NCBI GenBank assembly: GCA_964187785.1
Contig: OZ076409.1
Location: 80,974,001-81,034,000 of the forward strand
Direction of reading: 5' to 3'
DNA length: 60,000 nucleotides
From: Amphiscolops sp. MND2022
Lineage: Eukaryota
This document shows, in pieces, positions 13,338 to 26,396 of this stretch. Under the pieces are notes generated by a model. It was not told the origin of the DNA. It made no database searches and saw only the letters and a list, made by a program, of their open reading frames with translations. A program made the translations under genes and the position numbers. How positions within the stretch are numbered: position 1 is the stretch's first letter; each line of letters opens with the position of its first letter.

Positions 13338-15049
13338 TTTTTTGAGTTTTTTAAGATAGAGGTGGGTTGCTTGTTGTTAGCATCATGTGGGCTAGTGGAC
13401 GCATCGTCCTGTTTTGCGTCCTCCAATTTGAGGTTTTTGGGCTTGAGGTGGGCTCCGGCGCCTTTCCAACACCGTTCCGCCGGGTGGTTTATTTTGTCAC
13501 AAGTCGGACATTTGGGATATTCTTTCTTGGTATCCTGCACTTCGTTGCGTTTTTGTTCCTCCTTTCTTTTGAGCTTCCGGCAGTCGTCCTTGACGTGCCC
13601 GGGTTTTTTGCAATAGTTGCAGGTAATATTTGGGTCAATACCCGAAGAAAGAAGGCCAGTTCCCGGTCGTGTTGCTGTAGGGGCAGTTGATATTGTGGGT
13701 ACTGGAATGTCGTTACCTTCCTCAAGTCCATTAAGCTCTAATTCTCGCTCCAAGTGGGTGACAATTTCCTCATATGAAGCGTTTTCCAGTCGTGCAATAT
13801 TGACGGACCTTTTGAGTCTTGGGGGCAATTTGGCGTACAATAGGCTGTCTATCATCGCCTGGGCGTTTTCACCGAACGCCTTTTCCGCACCCTGATTTAA
13901 TTCTTCAAGAAAGTCCGGCAATTTCATAGTGTTTGGATCAAACACTAATTTATGCCATTTGTGCTTGGCAGTTGCCTGAGATTCTGGTTTGACGTACTTT
14001 CGTCTGAAGACTGCCAGTACATCTTCCAAGGTTTGCCTATTAGCAGTGCTAATATTGCGGAATGTTTGTAAGGCATTTTTCCTTAATAGGGAGTGAAAAT
14101 GATTGATTTTCATCGTTTCTGTCATTTCCGGCTGCATCTTTATCATGGTATGAAAAAGATCTTCAAAGAGTTCGAATTTCTCCGACTTGCCATCAAACGT
14201 CAGTGTGGTGGTGCTGACCGGTCGTACCATCAGTGTTTGTGGTGATAATTTGCTATTCATTTCGACCAGCATATCCGCAAGGCGTCTGATAGGGTCTGAG
14301 TTATCGTTGGCACTTGTCCCTTGGACCGGAGGGTTATTCTCCGAAGACTGACCAAGTGGGGGATTTGGATTCTGTGTGTCGATTTGGCAGTGCATGGGCC
14401 GTCCAGTAAGAAATTCAGGAACTGTACGAGGGGTAGGTTTGGCTCCTGTCACCATGTCGTGACTCTTGGTCAATATGTCATGATCTTCGTCACTTGATTG
14501 GGAAACATCAGAGTTTCCACTAAAGTAGTCTCGTCGACTACTATTAGCCAAAATAGGCTTTGAGTTCATTTTCAATGCATTTCTAGCATTTTTCTCTCCG
14601 GCGGTCCTGTTTAGTCTACCGGACCTCTGGTCCATTTCTTCCCGAAACACAGAATTTTGATTAGTCATGGTATTTTGGATATTTGGAAGGTTTTTCTCAT
14701 TGATTAGTGAATTTATAGTCTCAGCTATTTGGGAATTTAAGTCCCTTTTCAATTCCTCCATTTTCCTGGAAACTTCTGAATTTACTAGCCTCACGGTCTC
14801 AATAGTAGATTCACTGTTTTCCCTTATATTTGAATTTGAAAGCGATCTGAAATCCTCGCTATTTTGGACTACGTCCTGTCTAGTCCTGTCAGACCCAAGG
14901 TCCACTTCATCATTTCTATCGTCGGAATTAACTTCTAATTGATTTCTTGAGTACGAACCCAACATTACGTCTAGATTCTCTACACCAGACATCAAGTCCA
15001 CTTGCCTTCAGCTCCTTCCTTTCTCTCTTTGTTTTCTAGTGGAAGGCAT
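13334..15049 (-). CDS. gag: Gag of element B (capsid-like region, two CCHC zinc knuckles); in-frame TGA at codon 14
   Basis: CNYCKKPGHVKDDC and CPTCDKINHPAERC; FDGKSEKFELFEDLF region shared with element C Gag; ATG at 15049, TGA 15010-15008, next ATG 14992. Confidence 0.88.
14441..14454 (-). other. Primer-binding site TGGTGACAGGAGCC (tRNA-Leu-like 3' end)
   Basis: Starts with TGG immediately after the LTR CA; first 12 nt identical in B, C and D. Confidence 0.85.
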
Positions 15050-16018
15050 AAGAGATTATTGCAAGAGGTAAGAATTTAAATTAATTTTCTTAAGCTTGCA
15101 AACACAGTTTATTTGAACGGATTTATCAAACAGTTTATAACAGCGTCAGAACAATTGTGTTCCCCGGGACTACGAGTCCCGGTTATTTATATGCAACACT
15201 GCATGAAACTCAATATTTTAACAGTCATGAACTGAAAATAGCCTTAAGGGCTTTCTAAATATAGCCAATGCTATAAATAGTAACAAGCATCATCATGACG
15301 CTATATACATCAAAGGGCCTTTCCGAAAGTTAACATGGCGGGAAGCCCGTGAGTCCATACGGACAATAAACGATTTACATGCATAAAACTAAACAGGATA
15401 CATGTATTTCAACACTCGTTAGGATTGCATGAATTATATGAAGATGCACTGATAGCACGTTGTCTGTCGTAGTTCATAAGTCCTTTGAGGACTAATAATG
15501 CATCATATGGGAAATTAAAGCACCAACAATTATGCAATTGATAATATTCACCAGCTAGCGCTTTTAATTTAGTTACGGACTCAGCGTCCCATAGACATGA
15601 ACGGACAAGCGCTTTATTGACAAGCGACATATGGCCGTCTAATCCTTTGATTAAATAACTCAGTACAGCAACAAATGAAAGTAATACTGCGCTCTGATTG
15701 GTTAATATTTAACCGGACTAGCTGTCCACTAGCCATAAGTGAGAGATTTATTTAGGTGGACAGCCGTGAATGGCCTTTAAATGAAAGTTAACAGCACTTA
15801 AAATGCAAATTAGGACTCAATGTCCGACTGCCGCAAACGTACTGGTTTATTAGTTGACAATCGGTGAACGGCCATCACGTCCATTAATTAAAAGCACTAA
15901 ATCAGAGCACTCATACTAATACTGCAATATGATTGGTCTAAATTAAACCGGACTGGCTGTCCAAGACGACACAAAGGGACATAAAATAAAATAAGATCAC
16001 AGGTGGCAGCCTGCGACA
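14455..16018 (-). repeat. 5' LTR of element B (1564 bp)
   Basis: Direct repeat of 6255-7817. Confidence 0.95.
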
Positions 16019-16023
16019 GCATT

Positions 16024-16763
16024 TTATCAAAATGAGCCCGACTATTACAGTGGCAAGTTTTTTTTCTTTTTTTTTTCGTCAGACCACAGAATGTATGCGT
16101 AGTGGACACTTTTTACAGAACTACTAAAAGTACTGAACCGGCAAGCGGAATCACATCTGAGTTACTGCAAAGGGTCCCCCCTTTCGTGTACTCAATTTTT
16201 AACGTAAGATACAAAACCAGATGGGACTACAGGGTCCCCCCTTTGAATTTTTTTCGGCACTGCGACTTTTTTTGAATTTTCCCTTGTCGCCAAACGTTCC
16301 CCCTTTCAAGTTTTTTGATATTTTGCAGCAAACTGAAGTTTCAAAAAGCCCAAAGGTTCCCCCTTTCTAGTTTTTCGGCACTGTGAGACTTTCAAAATTC
16401 TCATTTTTCGTTTTTTTGATTTTTTTTCAAAAAATTTTCAAATTTTTCTTTTTTCGCCAATTGGTCGCCCCTTCAAGTTTTTTGATATTTTGCAGCAAAC
16501 TGAAGTTTCAAAAAGCCCAAAGGGGCCCCCTCTCTAGTTTTCGGCACTGTGAGACTGTTTCAAAATTCTCATTTTTCGTTTTTTCGAAAGTTTTTTCAAA
16601 AAAATTTCCGAATTTTTTTTATTGTCTCCTTCAATATTTTTGATATTTTGCAACAGACTGGATTTTCAAAAAGCTGAAAGGGTCCCCCCTTTTACAAGTT
16701 TAAAAACTTAGCGCTTTTTTGAGCCTTAGATATAGCGCCGACTTTAGACGTTCCCGTCTTGTT
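16024..16763 (-). mobile_element. Non-coding interspersed repeat with internal ~120-140 bp tandem units (possibly a Helentron-associated/DINE-1-like non-autonomous element)
   Basis: Terminus AACAAGACGGGAACGTCTAAAGTCGGCGCTATA and opposite-end motif TGTAA.AGTCGGGC shared with copies at 23046-23750 and 24551-25180; internal repeats AGGGTCCCCC...TTTTCGGCACTG...TTTTTGATATTTTGCA. Confidence 0.55.
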
Positions 16764-17238
16764 CATCGAAAACTTTACTTTTCTGGTGTAAGTCGACCCT
16801 TGCATGAAGTATTGGGAATACTACCGAAATCATTTTTTCGATTTTGTTCGAAGTAATGAAAATAGTAGCAATTGAAAAATTAGCATCTGGGGGCAAGAAT
16901 TTTGACTCGTTTTGTATTTCGGTCCTAACTTGACCTGAATCAACTATAATAAGAGTCCCTTACATTGACTCAATGGTATTTTATTGATTACATGGGCTCG
17001 CTGAAGCATTAGCGGAGTTGAAAAAGAATTAAGTTATTTCGGTTGCAATATACAGTTCTTGCATGAAACTAATGTCTTCCGAACTTTGGTCTTTTTATAG
17101 ATCCCATGTTTCCATACATGACATTTTATGAATAAAGGCCCGCTAAACACCGTGATATGTTCCGCTATAACGCATCAGCCCTTGTTCGAACCCACGACCT
17201 CGTGACTGCCGGTAAGCAGTAAAACGTAACTAGAATAG

Positions 17239-18626
17239 TATCGCAGGCTGCCTTCTGCCATATTAATTTGTCTTATTGGACCTTCGGTCTACCAAACTAC
17301 ATCAATATTCTGATTGCCCAATTAAACGAATTTGCGATCGACAGTCAAACAGACTACAGCAAAATACTGATTGGTTATTAAAACGAGTTTGGAACCGACA
17401 GTCAATCGGACTACCGCAACATAATGAAAACACTCATTTTTACTCATATAGATTAGTTTTATGGTTTTATAATAATGTTCAAATGTAAAGGAGTACTTCT
17501 TTTAGCTTTGTTGAATAACAATGCTGGAAATGTAGAGAAATTGAATAATATTGAGTGCTACTTGGGTAAAATACAGTTTGATGTCTCATTTACTAGATGT
17601 AAAGTGAACAAATCAGGACTGTCAGTCTAAAGTAACAAGGCACGCAGAGTTTTTCCCCCTTTTGTCGTTTCCAGACCTTTCCTTTGAAGTTCATACTTAT
17701 GCTATTTTCAACCTTATTCAGACATGACATAATAATGATGACATTTCAATGCTATTTTCAACACGATGACTATCAGGAATATGAGTGTCATGGAAAGTGT
17801 TGTAAATATAGCTGATCCCCACTGTCCAATGGACCATAAACTTGATGAAGTTGCTACAACTGAATTGTTCTCATCCATTTTAGCTGAAATTCTGACGAGT
17901 TGTTATACCTATAGTTCTCGAAAACATGTTCTTGAATGAATACTGATTTCTCATTAAAGCCCTGAACTATAAATCAGAAAGCAAACAGAAGCGTTCAAGG
18001 TAATCACACTTCAGGTCCGACTTAGATGTATTACATGGAAATGTTTAACAAAGTAGTCATGAATATAACTCAGAGCCAAGAAAACTAAATGTGGACCTAA
18101 TGTCCAATGGACTATATGAAGATGTAAACACGAATGCATATGAATTTAGATATTTATCGAAAAAAATAGTAAAGGAAATAACAAAAGATCCATAAACGGA
18201 CCTATTGCACAATTGGCGACACAAAACAGATATTCTAACTCGGAGGAAATTAGTTCAAATATTAAATCTACAAATTCAAAAAGGTACAAAAACGCTGGAA
18301 ATCTTTATATACTGCAATTTTGAAGGAAATAAACACTGTATTTGAAGTGAAAATCATTTAGCAGACTCACGTTAGCTTGGGAGCGCTCGAAGAGGAATTT
18401 AGTGTCAGAGCAGACCTTCGGTCCGCTAGACTGCACTGGAATCCCAAAGTCGAGCTAAGTGCAAACGTGGACCTTCGGTCAGACGGACTTCACCGGAACC
18501 CCGAAGCTGAAATTAGCTGCAAAATGTGGAAAAATCATTTCAAAAGGGATTCTAAACAATGTAACAGCAATCAGCATTGCAGAGAGAGTTCAATAGACTC
18601 CCAAAATAGTGACTTGCGTTACTTCA
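17239..18626 (+). repeat. 5' LTR of element D
   Basis: Starts TATCGCAGGCTG (TG mutated), ends CA before the PBS; colinear with 21419-22883 with many substitutions and indels. Confidence 0.85.
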
Positions 18627-18640
18627 TGGTGACAGGAGCC
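18627..18640 (+). other. PBS of element D, TGGTGACAGGAGCC
   Basis: Identical to the element B PBS; encodes MVTGAK as in B Gag. Confidence 0.85.
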
Positions 18641-21418
18641 AAAACTACCCCTCATAGCGTTCCTGAGTTCAACTTGGACGGCCCACACAATCCCGCAGGT
18701 CCCCAACGTGAAAAAGTCCCCCAACGGACTCATCTCAACCTGTAAATTCCCAATAAAAATTTTGATTCATTTCACTAACAAACACTTCATGAACTTCTAA
18801 ATATGGACTGAAACTTCACGCAACTGGAATCGAACAAACGCAATACTATATTGTTTGCTGTTAAAAATGGAATGTCGAAATTTGGAATTTTGGACGCATA
18901 CGTCATCATGACAAAACAAATTGTTCTTGCTCCTAACTTTAATGAGTTTTGATTGAAGCGGACTTTACGTCACTTCAACAACAGCTGGAAGTTTAGCATG
19001 CGTGAAATATATCTTTCTTCTTTATGTCCTTCGGACTATAACGAAACAATTTTTGACTTATGTGACTTGAGTGTTATTGACTTATGAAGTAGTTGTGACC
19101 TTGTGTTACAAACACACGAAATTGTTATGCCTCAAGATGATCTATATACTTTTGCGTGTTTAAACAGAATTTGGAGAATTTCCAAAGTCAATCCGGAATG
19201 GGCCGACTCCGACACATTCTGACTATGCAGATACTTCTGAGAACTTTACTGCTGATACTGGACAGCAGGACAAAAAAATAACTTTTGGTCCACTCGACTA
19301 CAGCAAAATACTGACACTGCTACCCAGCAGCAGCATGAAGAAATGACCGACGTCGACAGTAGGTCCACTCGACAAGAGCAAAATACTGATTCCGAAACTA
19401 TTGAATCTACTATTTCAAGAGCTACTAAACCCCACGTTAAAGATAATCACCATACAATGGGAGAGATACCATCGTGTCCGTAGTATCAGCAGCTCATCTG
19501 CAATTTTCGATATATGCATCAGACAAAAACAACTTGATTCTTTCTTCAATTTGAGGAAACTCAAAACCTCAGTAGCTCCAATCAAACAGATGCATTTGAA
19601 ACTTAGTCGTGATCCTGAGTCAGATTGACTTCAACGACAAGTATATTTATTTCAAATAAAAGAACTCCGTAAAAACACCACTCTGTTCGGATCCACCACT
19701 ATCGGTGCCCAAAAAAGGAACAAACAAGTGCTTAGGCTCAATGGACGTAACGTCTATATAACAGAAATCATCTCAGTGTCAGAAATGCTTACAGAAACGA
19801 CTGTTACCAGAGACCAAATATCACTTTGTTCTTTAGTCTCAGAAGTTGGTTGGCCGTTGATTTTTATTCCTGAACCCGAAAACGAATCCACCTTACAGAC
19901 TTTCGAATTTACACAGAGTTGAAACATTTCACGATGGAGGAAATGAATTAGTCAATGGGAAGCCTTGATCAAGCTCGAAATTGACACCTTAAAGAACCAA
20001 CGTGACGTTACTCCCACGATGGGAAAGCTGAATTCAAAAACGTCTGACGAAAAAGGCTGGGTGCAAATAGTCGTTCAAAGTGTTATATGGTATTTTCTGT
20101 TGGTGGAAGTCTAGAGAGTGAATAAAAGATAGCTGAAGAAAAAACCAAAATGACGTCTGTTGAACTGGAGGTCGCAATGTGTGCAAAACCGGGCGAGTGA
20201 AAAAAACAAAAGTAATAATTGATGTTGTCGCTCAGATGACTATACGTCACAAATTCGACCTAGCCTATATCCGGGATATGATGGTATAAATCGAAAATGG
20301 AATTAAACCTGTTAATTGCATGTTTAATTGGAGCAGCTGGTAGTGTAGAAGAGGACTCGCCGCTTGAAGACTGATCACGTGAACAAGTTGAATTGCGAAA
20401 ATTGTGCAATCCCAGTGAAAGGCTGTCGCCAATTGGACTTCAGGTCCCAATTTATTTTTTAAGCGTTTGAAAATGAACCAAGAAATTCAACGTGTCATAC
20501 AATTAGTTGAAAAAGGGCGCATAAATCAAAGTTAACAAACTGTTCTGAGTAGAATTACTTTCAAATGGATTACGGGGACAGTTGACTAGATTCATCTACC
20601 AGCTATTACGATCTACTTCATTACTACCTAATTATAATCCTTTCGTGTGTCGTCGAGCCAGGCAGCGAAATACACAAAACCTTTCATTTCCTTGCCATAA
20701 CTACTTTCAACCTTCTATTATCATTTTTTGTCAGCTTTTGCCATATTGATTCAATTAACTACGAGTTTTCTGATCCATGTATCAACAGGAAGTGATTGGC
20801 CAATTAATCTGGTATAGCTATATGGACCGACAGTCTTTGATAAAAACGCTTGATTGAGATTTAGTGTTGGTAAACACTTTCAGTGCAATTCAACAACCTT
20901 CCGTTCGTTAATAAAACAACTTAAGCGATTCTCAAAGATCACTTGGATTTCTCAGCATCTGAATGGACCAAAAAGGTTTCACATGGTTGTTGTTGAATAT
21001 CTAACTATGAATGGATTAAACTGGACTTTACGCACATTTTGGTCATGAAGTCCGGTCAACTAAATGCGCAATAGGTCCTGATTTCGTTTGGAAATCTTTT
21101 GACAATTACTTATCTCCAGTTTTTCAGATTTCACCATTTTATCTCGTAATTCCCATTATTCAATTTCATTACTACCATTATTAATCAATACTCATTTCGT
21201 TATTGTATACATTTATTTGTTTGCTCATCAAAATTCTTTTCCTATTATCAACGCATTGCGAATGGTAGATAATGTCGAGCGGACCTGCAGTCCTAAATCC
21301 CGCCTGAAGAAGTAGAGAGATTGATGTTTAGCATTCATCGCATCGCGTACGAATGGAAATTTAGTAATAACAAAGACCTGGATGCAGTCAGGACCGTTCT
21401 AGTTTAAACAAAGGGGAC

Positions 21419-22883
21419 TGTCGCAGGCTGTCTCCTGCGATATTCATCTGTCTTATTGGACCATCGGTTCACCAGACTACATCAATATACTGATTGCCTA
21501 TTTAAACGAATTTGCCACCGATAGTCCAACAGGCTACAGCAATATACTGATTGCTTATTAAACCGAATTTGGGACCGACCGTCAATCGGACTACCGCAAC
21601 AATCTGAGAGTACTAAGAACACTCATCTTTTTAGTCATAAATGTTAGTTTTATGGTTTTGTTTTAGTGTTCACATTTAAAGGAATACTTCGTTCTGCTTT
21701 GTTGACTAACAATGCGGTAATTGAAGAGAATTTGAATTATATGCAGTGCCACTTGAAGTGAAATGCGTTCAACTGGTACTTTGCTCTATTCTAGTTGACG
21801 CGTGGTTCAAATTCAATTATTGACCAATTACAGCGCTGCCAGTCTGCTGTAGTCAAACGGACCGTCCGTCCACTATGTTGTTTTAGTTCGCTGTTTGTTG
21901 TCTCTTTTACTAGATGTAAATTAAACAAATCAGGACTGTCAGTCTAAAGTAACAAGGCACGCCCCCTTTTCCTTCCCTCTGTCGATTCCAGACCTTTCCG
22001 TTGAAGTTCATACTGGTGCTATTTTCAACCCTATTCAGACATGACATAATAATGATGACATTTCAATGCTATTTTTAACACGATGACTATCAGGAAATTG
22101 AGCGTCATCGAAAGTGTTGTAAATATAGTTGATTCCCACTGTCCAATGGACCATAATCTTGATGAAGTTGCTACAATTGAATTGTTTTCATTCATTTTTG
22201 CTGAAGTTCTGACAAGTTGTTATAGCTATTGTTCTCGTAAATATATTCTTAAATGAATACTGATTTCTAATTAAAGCCCTAAACAATAAATCAGAAAGCA
22301 AACAGAAGCGTGTTAGATAATCACACTTGAGGTCCGACTTAGATGAATTACTTGGAAAGTTTCAACAAAGTAGTCATGAATATAACTGAGTCAAGAGAAC
22401 TAGATGTGGACCTAACGTTCAATGGACTACATGAAGACGTGAACACAAATGGATATGAATTTAGATCTTTATCGAAAAAAGTAGGAAGGAAATAGCGAAA
22501 GATCCATAAACGGACCTATTGCCCAATTGGCGACACAAAACAGATGTTCTAATACAGAGGAAATTAGTTCAAATATTAAATCTATAAATTCAAATAGGTA
22601 CAAAAACGCTGGAAATCTTTATATACTCCAATTGTGAGGAAAATAAACACTGTATTTGAAGTGAAAATCATTTAGCTGACTCACGTTAGCCTGGGAGCGC
22701 TCGAAGAAGAATTTAGTGTAAGAGTGGACCTTCGGTCAGATGGACTGCAACGGAACCCCGAAGCTGAAATTAGCCGCAAAATGTTGAAAAATCATTTCAA
22801 AAGGGACTCTAAACTATGTAACAGCAATCACTATAGCAGAGAGAGTTCAATAGACTCCCAAAATAGTGAGTTGAAGTACGACA
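21419..22883 (+). repeat. 3' LTR of element D
   Basis: TGTCGCAGGCTG...TACGACA followed by TSD AATAG. Confidence 0.85.
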
Positions 22884-23045
22884 AATAGTCAAGTAACTAA
22901 AATAGTCAAGTAACTCTTCAATCAAAGTATCGATTTGTAATGGTTTGTTAGGTATAAACCCCGTTTTTTTGTCATTATTCACGAAAAACAAAAAAGCCAT
23001 ACAATGATCATCTATAAAAACATGATCAGGCAATGATCATGAATT

Positions 23046-23750
23046 AACAAGCCGAGAACGGCCAGAATCGGCGCAATATCTAAGGCTCAAAAAGTGCAAA
23101 ATTTTGAAAATATGCTCATGACGTTTTTTCATGAAAAACTCACAAAGAAGTTTCACCCAAAGGAAGCCTTCCGTGCTGGGAAAACGCTTCAGAAGTTCGG
23201 ATATAGCGGCTGGGACAACTGCGAGCACTTGTTTTCAAACCTCTGCCTCCTCCTCAGTGAAACGGAATATACATCGGAAATATCCTCAAAAATTCGGATT
23301 TAGCGCTTTAATCCGGATATTACGTTCAACTTTCGGATAGTATTGAAAGAAAATATTGGTGGATATGTATTGAGGAAACCTAATGTCAGATGAAAAATGA
23401 CAATTTTGAACAGTCTCATAGTGCCGAAAAATCTGAAAGGGGGGACCCTTTGGGATTTTCAAACATCTATTGTGTTCCAAAATATCAAAAAAATTGAAGG
23501 GGTTACCCTTTGGTACAATCAAAAAATTTTCGAAAAAAAGTCCCATAGTGCCAAAATAATCCAAGTTAAAAACACCCAGATAGCCAAAGTGGGGATCCTT
23601 AGTTGTTTTCAAGGTTCTGGACGTCGGTTTTATAATTTTGGATGAGGTTCTAAGGTTTGCGGTATGTTTTGGTCAAACTGAACAAATGAACAAAAAAGTG
23701 GACCTTACGCGAGTGAAAAAACTACCCACTGTAAGAGTCGGGCACATTTT
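23046..23750 (+). mobile_element. Copy of the interspersed repeat family seen at 16024-16763
   Basis: Begins AACAAGCCGAGAACGGCCAGAATCGGCGCAATATCTAAGGCTCAAAAAG, ends CACTGTAAGAGTCGGGCACATTTT. Confidence 0.55.
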
Positions 23751-24550
23751 CTAGTGCAAAGGGTCCCCATTTTGTGTTTTCTTTTCAACGTAACATACAA
23801 AACCAAACGAGACTAAAGAGCCCCTTCCAATTTTTGGCACTGAGATGTCTCCTAAGGATCCCTCTTCGTTTTTTGATAATCTGCAACAGAATGAATGTTT
23901 CTCGATCAGTGGCATGGAGTTGGGGTTAACTTTGAGCTTTTCACTGGAAACGGCTAATTTAAAAGATCAACTTTCAGAGTAGTGATTGGAAAGACTTCAA
24001 CTGAAAAATTGAACTCGAAGTTTTAACTCGATGATTGAAGAAACTACAATTTTGAAGTACTATTTTCATTTTAGTAGTGTTTTGCTTTGTCTGCTGAAAA
24101 TATTAGACCTGTCAGAAAGTGCGAATGGCTTTCATTGCGTTCACAAGAAGCAGCAATTCCTCGAGCTTCGTCGAAACAAAACCAAACCCTAATGAGTATG
24201 TGTGCCACATGAAACTTCCAGGTAAGGAGTATTTCGCAAGATAAGTTTGAAAATCTCAAGAGTGTGTTGCAAAGTTGAATTAATAAACTCTGAATTTATC
24301 ATGAATCTTACTCTTACACCAGTCGCCATACATCTAATGTTGCAACGTCTAGGTTACCTCTTGCAGCGTTTCAAAAAATGCTCCTCTGTTATGAAATGTA
24401 AATAAACGATATCGACCAATTCAAAATCTCAAGCGAGGTCATTTTGCTGTAGAAAAGTTCTATGCAAGATTTTTCCCGCTCATGAGCGAAGTTAAAATTG
24501 CATTTATAGTAAGGTTATGCTTTTTAGTTGGCGCTTTTTGTGAAGCAAAA

Positions 24551-25180
24551 AATGCCCGACTCTTACATGGACTCTTCTTTCCAATATTTTTCTCGAGACT
24601 ACCGGCGGAAACTTAGTGCAAAGAGTGCAAACTTTCATATTTTCCCCTTTTAACGTAACATACAATCCGAACGAAACAAAAGGGTCCCCTTCTATTTTTT
24701 TTCGGCAGTGAGACTTTTTTCGGAAAATTTTAAATGTCTCCTAAGGGACCCCTCTTCAATTCTTTTGATATTCTGCAACAGAATGAATGTTAAAAAAATC
24801 CCTTTTGTTCCAGTTTTACATTTTTCGGCACAGTGAAACCCCATTCGAAAAGTTTTTTAGTTAGTCTAAAATTAGACTATTCAATACTATCCGAATTTTC
24901 CATGTTAATCTAAAGTAAAGCGTTATATCCGAAGTTTTGATGTTATATCCGACCTATATTGCGTTTTACTGAACAGGAGGCGGAGGTTCGATAACAAGCG
25001 CCCCCATTTGTAGGAGCACGATATATCCGACTTTTTTCCGAAGACGAAAGGTACACTTACGGTGTTTCGAAACTTTTTTCTGAGTTCTTCATGAAAGCTT
25101 CCTGATTCCTGAGCATATTTTAAAAACTGCGCTTTTTGAGCCTTAGGTATAGCGCCGATTCTAGACGTTCCCGTCTTGTT
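24551..25180 (-). mobile_element. Copy of the same interspersed repeat family
   Basis: Ends TATAGCGCCGATTCTAGACGTTCCCGTCTTGTT; other end ATGCCCGACTCTTACA; internal unit also at 23751-23900. Confidence 0.55.
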
Positions 25181-25856
25181 TATTTATAAAAACTAGTTTC
25201 CCTATATGAACTACATGTGGGGTCAACCTGGGGAAATTTTAATTCTCGACAAAAAAATGGTTCAAAAATCCTATGACCACAAACCAGATTTCAGTAGTTT
25301 GGCTGCTGTAATCAAAGAACTGTTGAAAAAAGATATTTTGCTATTTTGGAAAAAAATGGCATAATTTGATCAAAGTAAGAGCTATTTGGGTAAGAGGTTT
25401 AATGAGATCTGAGAGTGGAATAAGATCTGATTAAAAAATCTAGATGGTGTTTACGAAACCACAAACGTTGGTGGTACACTAAAGACCAAATGTTAAGTGT
25501 GGACAACCGTTGATTGGTTTCCATTTGGCAACTGAGAAAATGAAAGAATGAAATTTCTGATCGGCCTCAAAACTTTTCCGCTAGCCATTTTTATGCTAGG
25601 AACGTCTCTAGTTTTTCCTAGTTGTATGGAGTTTTCCCTACAGTTTTTCTACACTTGTATTTTTAAAAAATAGTCTGCATGCATACATACATGCTGCATG
25701 CAAAATGCTCTTAAAGCGAATATAGCAATTTCATAAAACAAATAGTATGGTCGTTCAGTATTCATTGAAACAGCTTGTTTTTCTAAGGTATCCAGCATGT
25801 AGCGAGAAATCACTCTAAATATTGATATAAGACAAAATCAAAGTGGCGGTAGAGGA

Positions 25857-26396
25857 AATTTCATTGTATTCTATTTTTTCTCACATTTTGAAGCTTCAAA
25901 GACCTTCAAATTTATAAATCTCGCAATAATTTGTTAGAGCATTCGTTATCTTTGTTTCATGGTCAGCTTCCGGAAATTTGAACGGGGCTGGAGATATTAC
26001 CTTTACAGACGATTTCCGCTTCTTAGTAATTCAAAGAGAGATCACTTGTTCTATTATCGGACAAAGATTTTATCAAATTTCGCCTTTCGATTTCTTCTGC
26101 AATCAACTTATCACACTGACACAGTTAACTGTGTCAGTGTGATAAGTTGATTGCAGAAGAAATCGAAAGGCGAAATTTGATAAAATCTTTGTCCGATAAT
26201 AGAACAAGTGATCTCTCTTTGAATTACTAAGAAGCGGAAATCGTCTGTAAAGGTAATATCTCCAGCCCCGTTCAAATTTCCGGAAGCTGACCATGAAACA
26301 AAGATAACGAATGCTCTAACAAATTATTGCGAGATTTATAAATTTGAAGGTCTTTGAAGCTTCAAAATGTGAGAAAAAATAGAATACAATGAAATT
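25857..26396. repeat. Perfect 540-bp palindrome (270-bp arms, no spacer, centre GTT|AAC at 26126/26127)
   Basis: Identical ORF on both strands (25959-26150 +, 26103-26294 -); arm ends checked base by base. Confidence 0.95.

Larger units (their letters stand above)
6255..16018 (-). mobile_element. Element B: non-autonomous Ty3/Gypsy LTR retrotransposon (gag + protease; RT/RNase H/IN deleted)
   Basis: Near-identical LTRs 6255-7817 and 14455-16018 with TG...CA ends; 5-bp TSD GCATT (6250-6254, 16019-16023); PBS and PPT present. Confidence 0.95.
17239..22883 (+). mobile_element. Element D: old, decayed non-autonomous LTR retrotransposon of the same group
   Basis: Diverged LTRs 17239-18626 and 21419-22883; 5-bp TSD AATAG (17234-17238, 22884-22888); PBS at 18627; PPT AAAGGGGAC before 21419; internal remnant HEIVMPQDDLY (~19115-19150) of the pol tail. 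Confidence 0.88.

Noticed and set aside
16200..16700. CRISPR-like repeat array
   Set aside because: Units are long, degenerate and contiguous, with no unique spacers or cas genes; eukaryotic context.
17150..17215. tRNA/SINE-like fragment (minus-strand GAGGTCGTGGGTTCGAAC B-box)
   Set aside because: No convincing A-box or cloverleaf; too short to call.
25959..26294. Two identical 63-aa ORFs
   Set aside because: By-product of the palindrome; no coding evidence.
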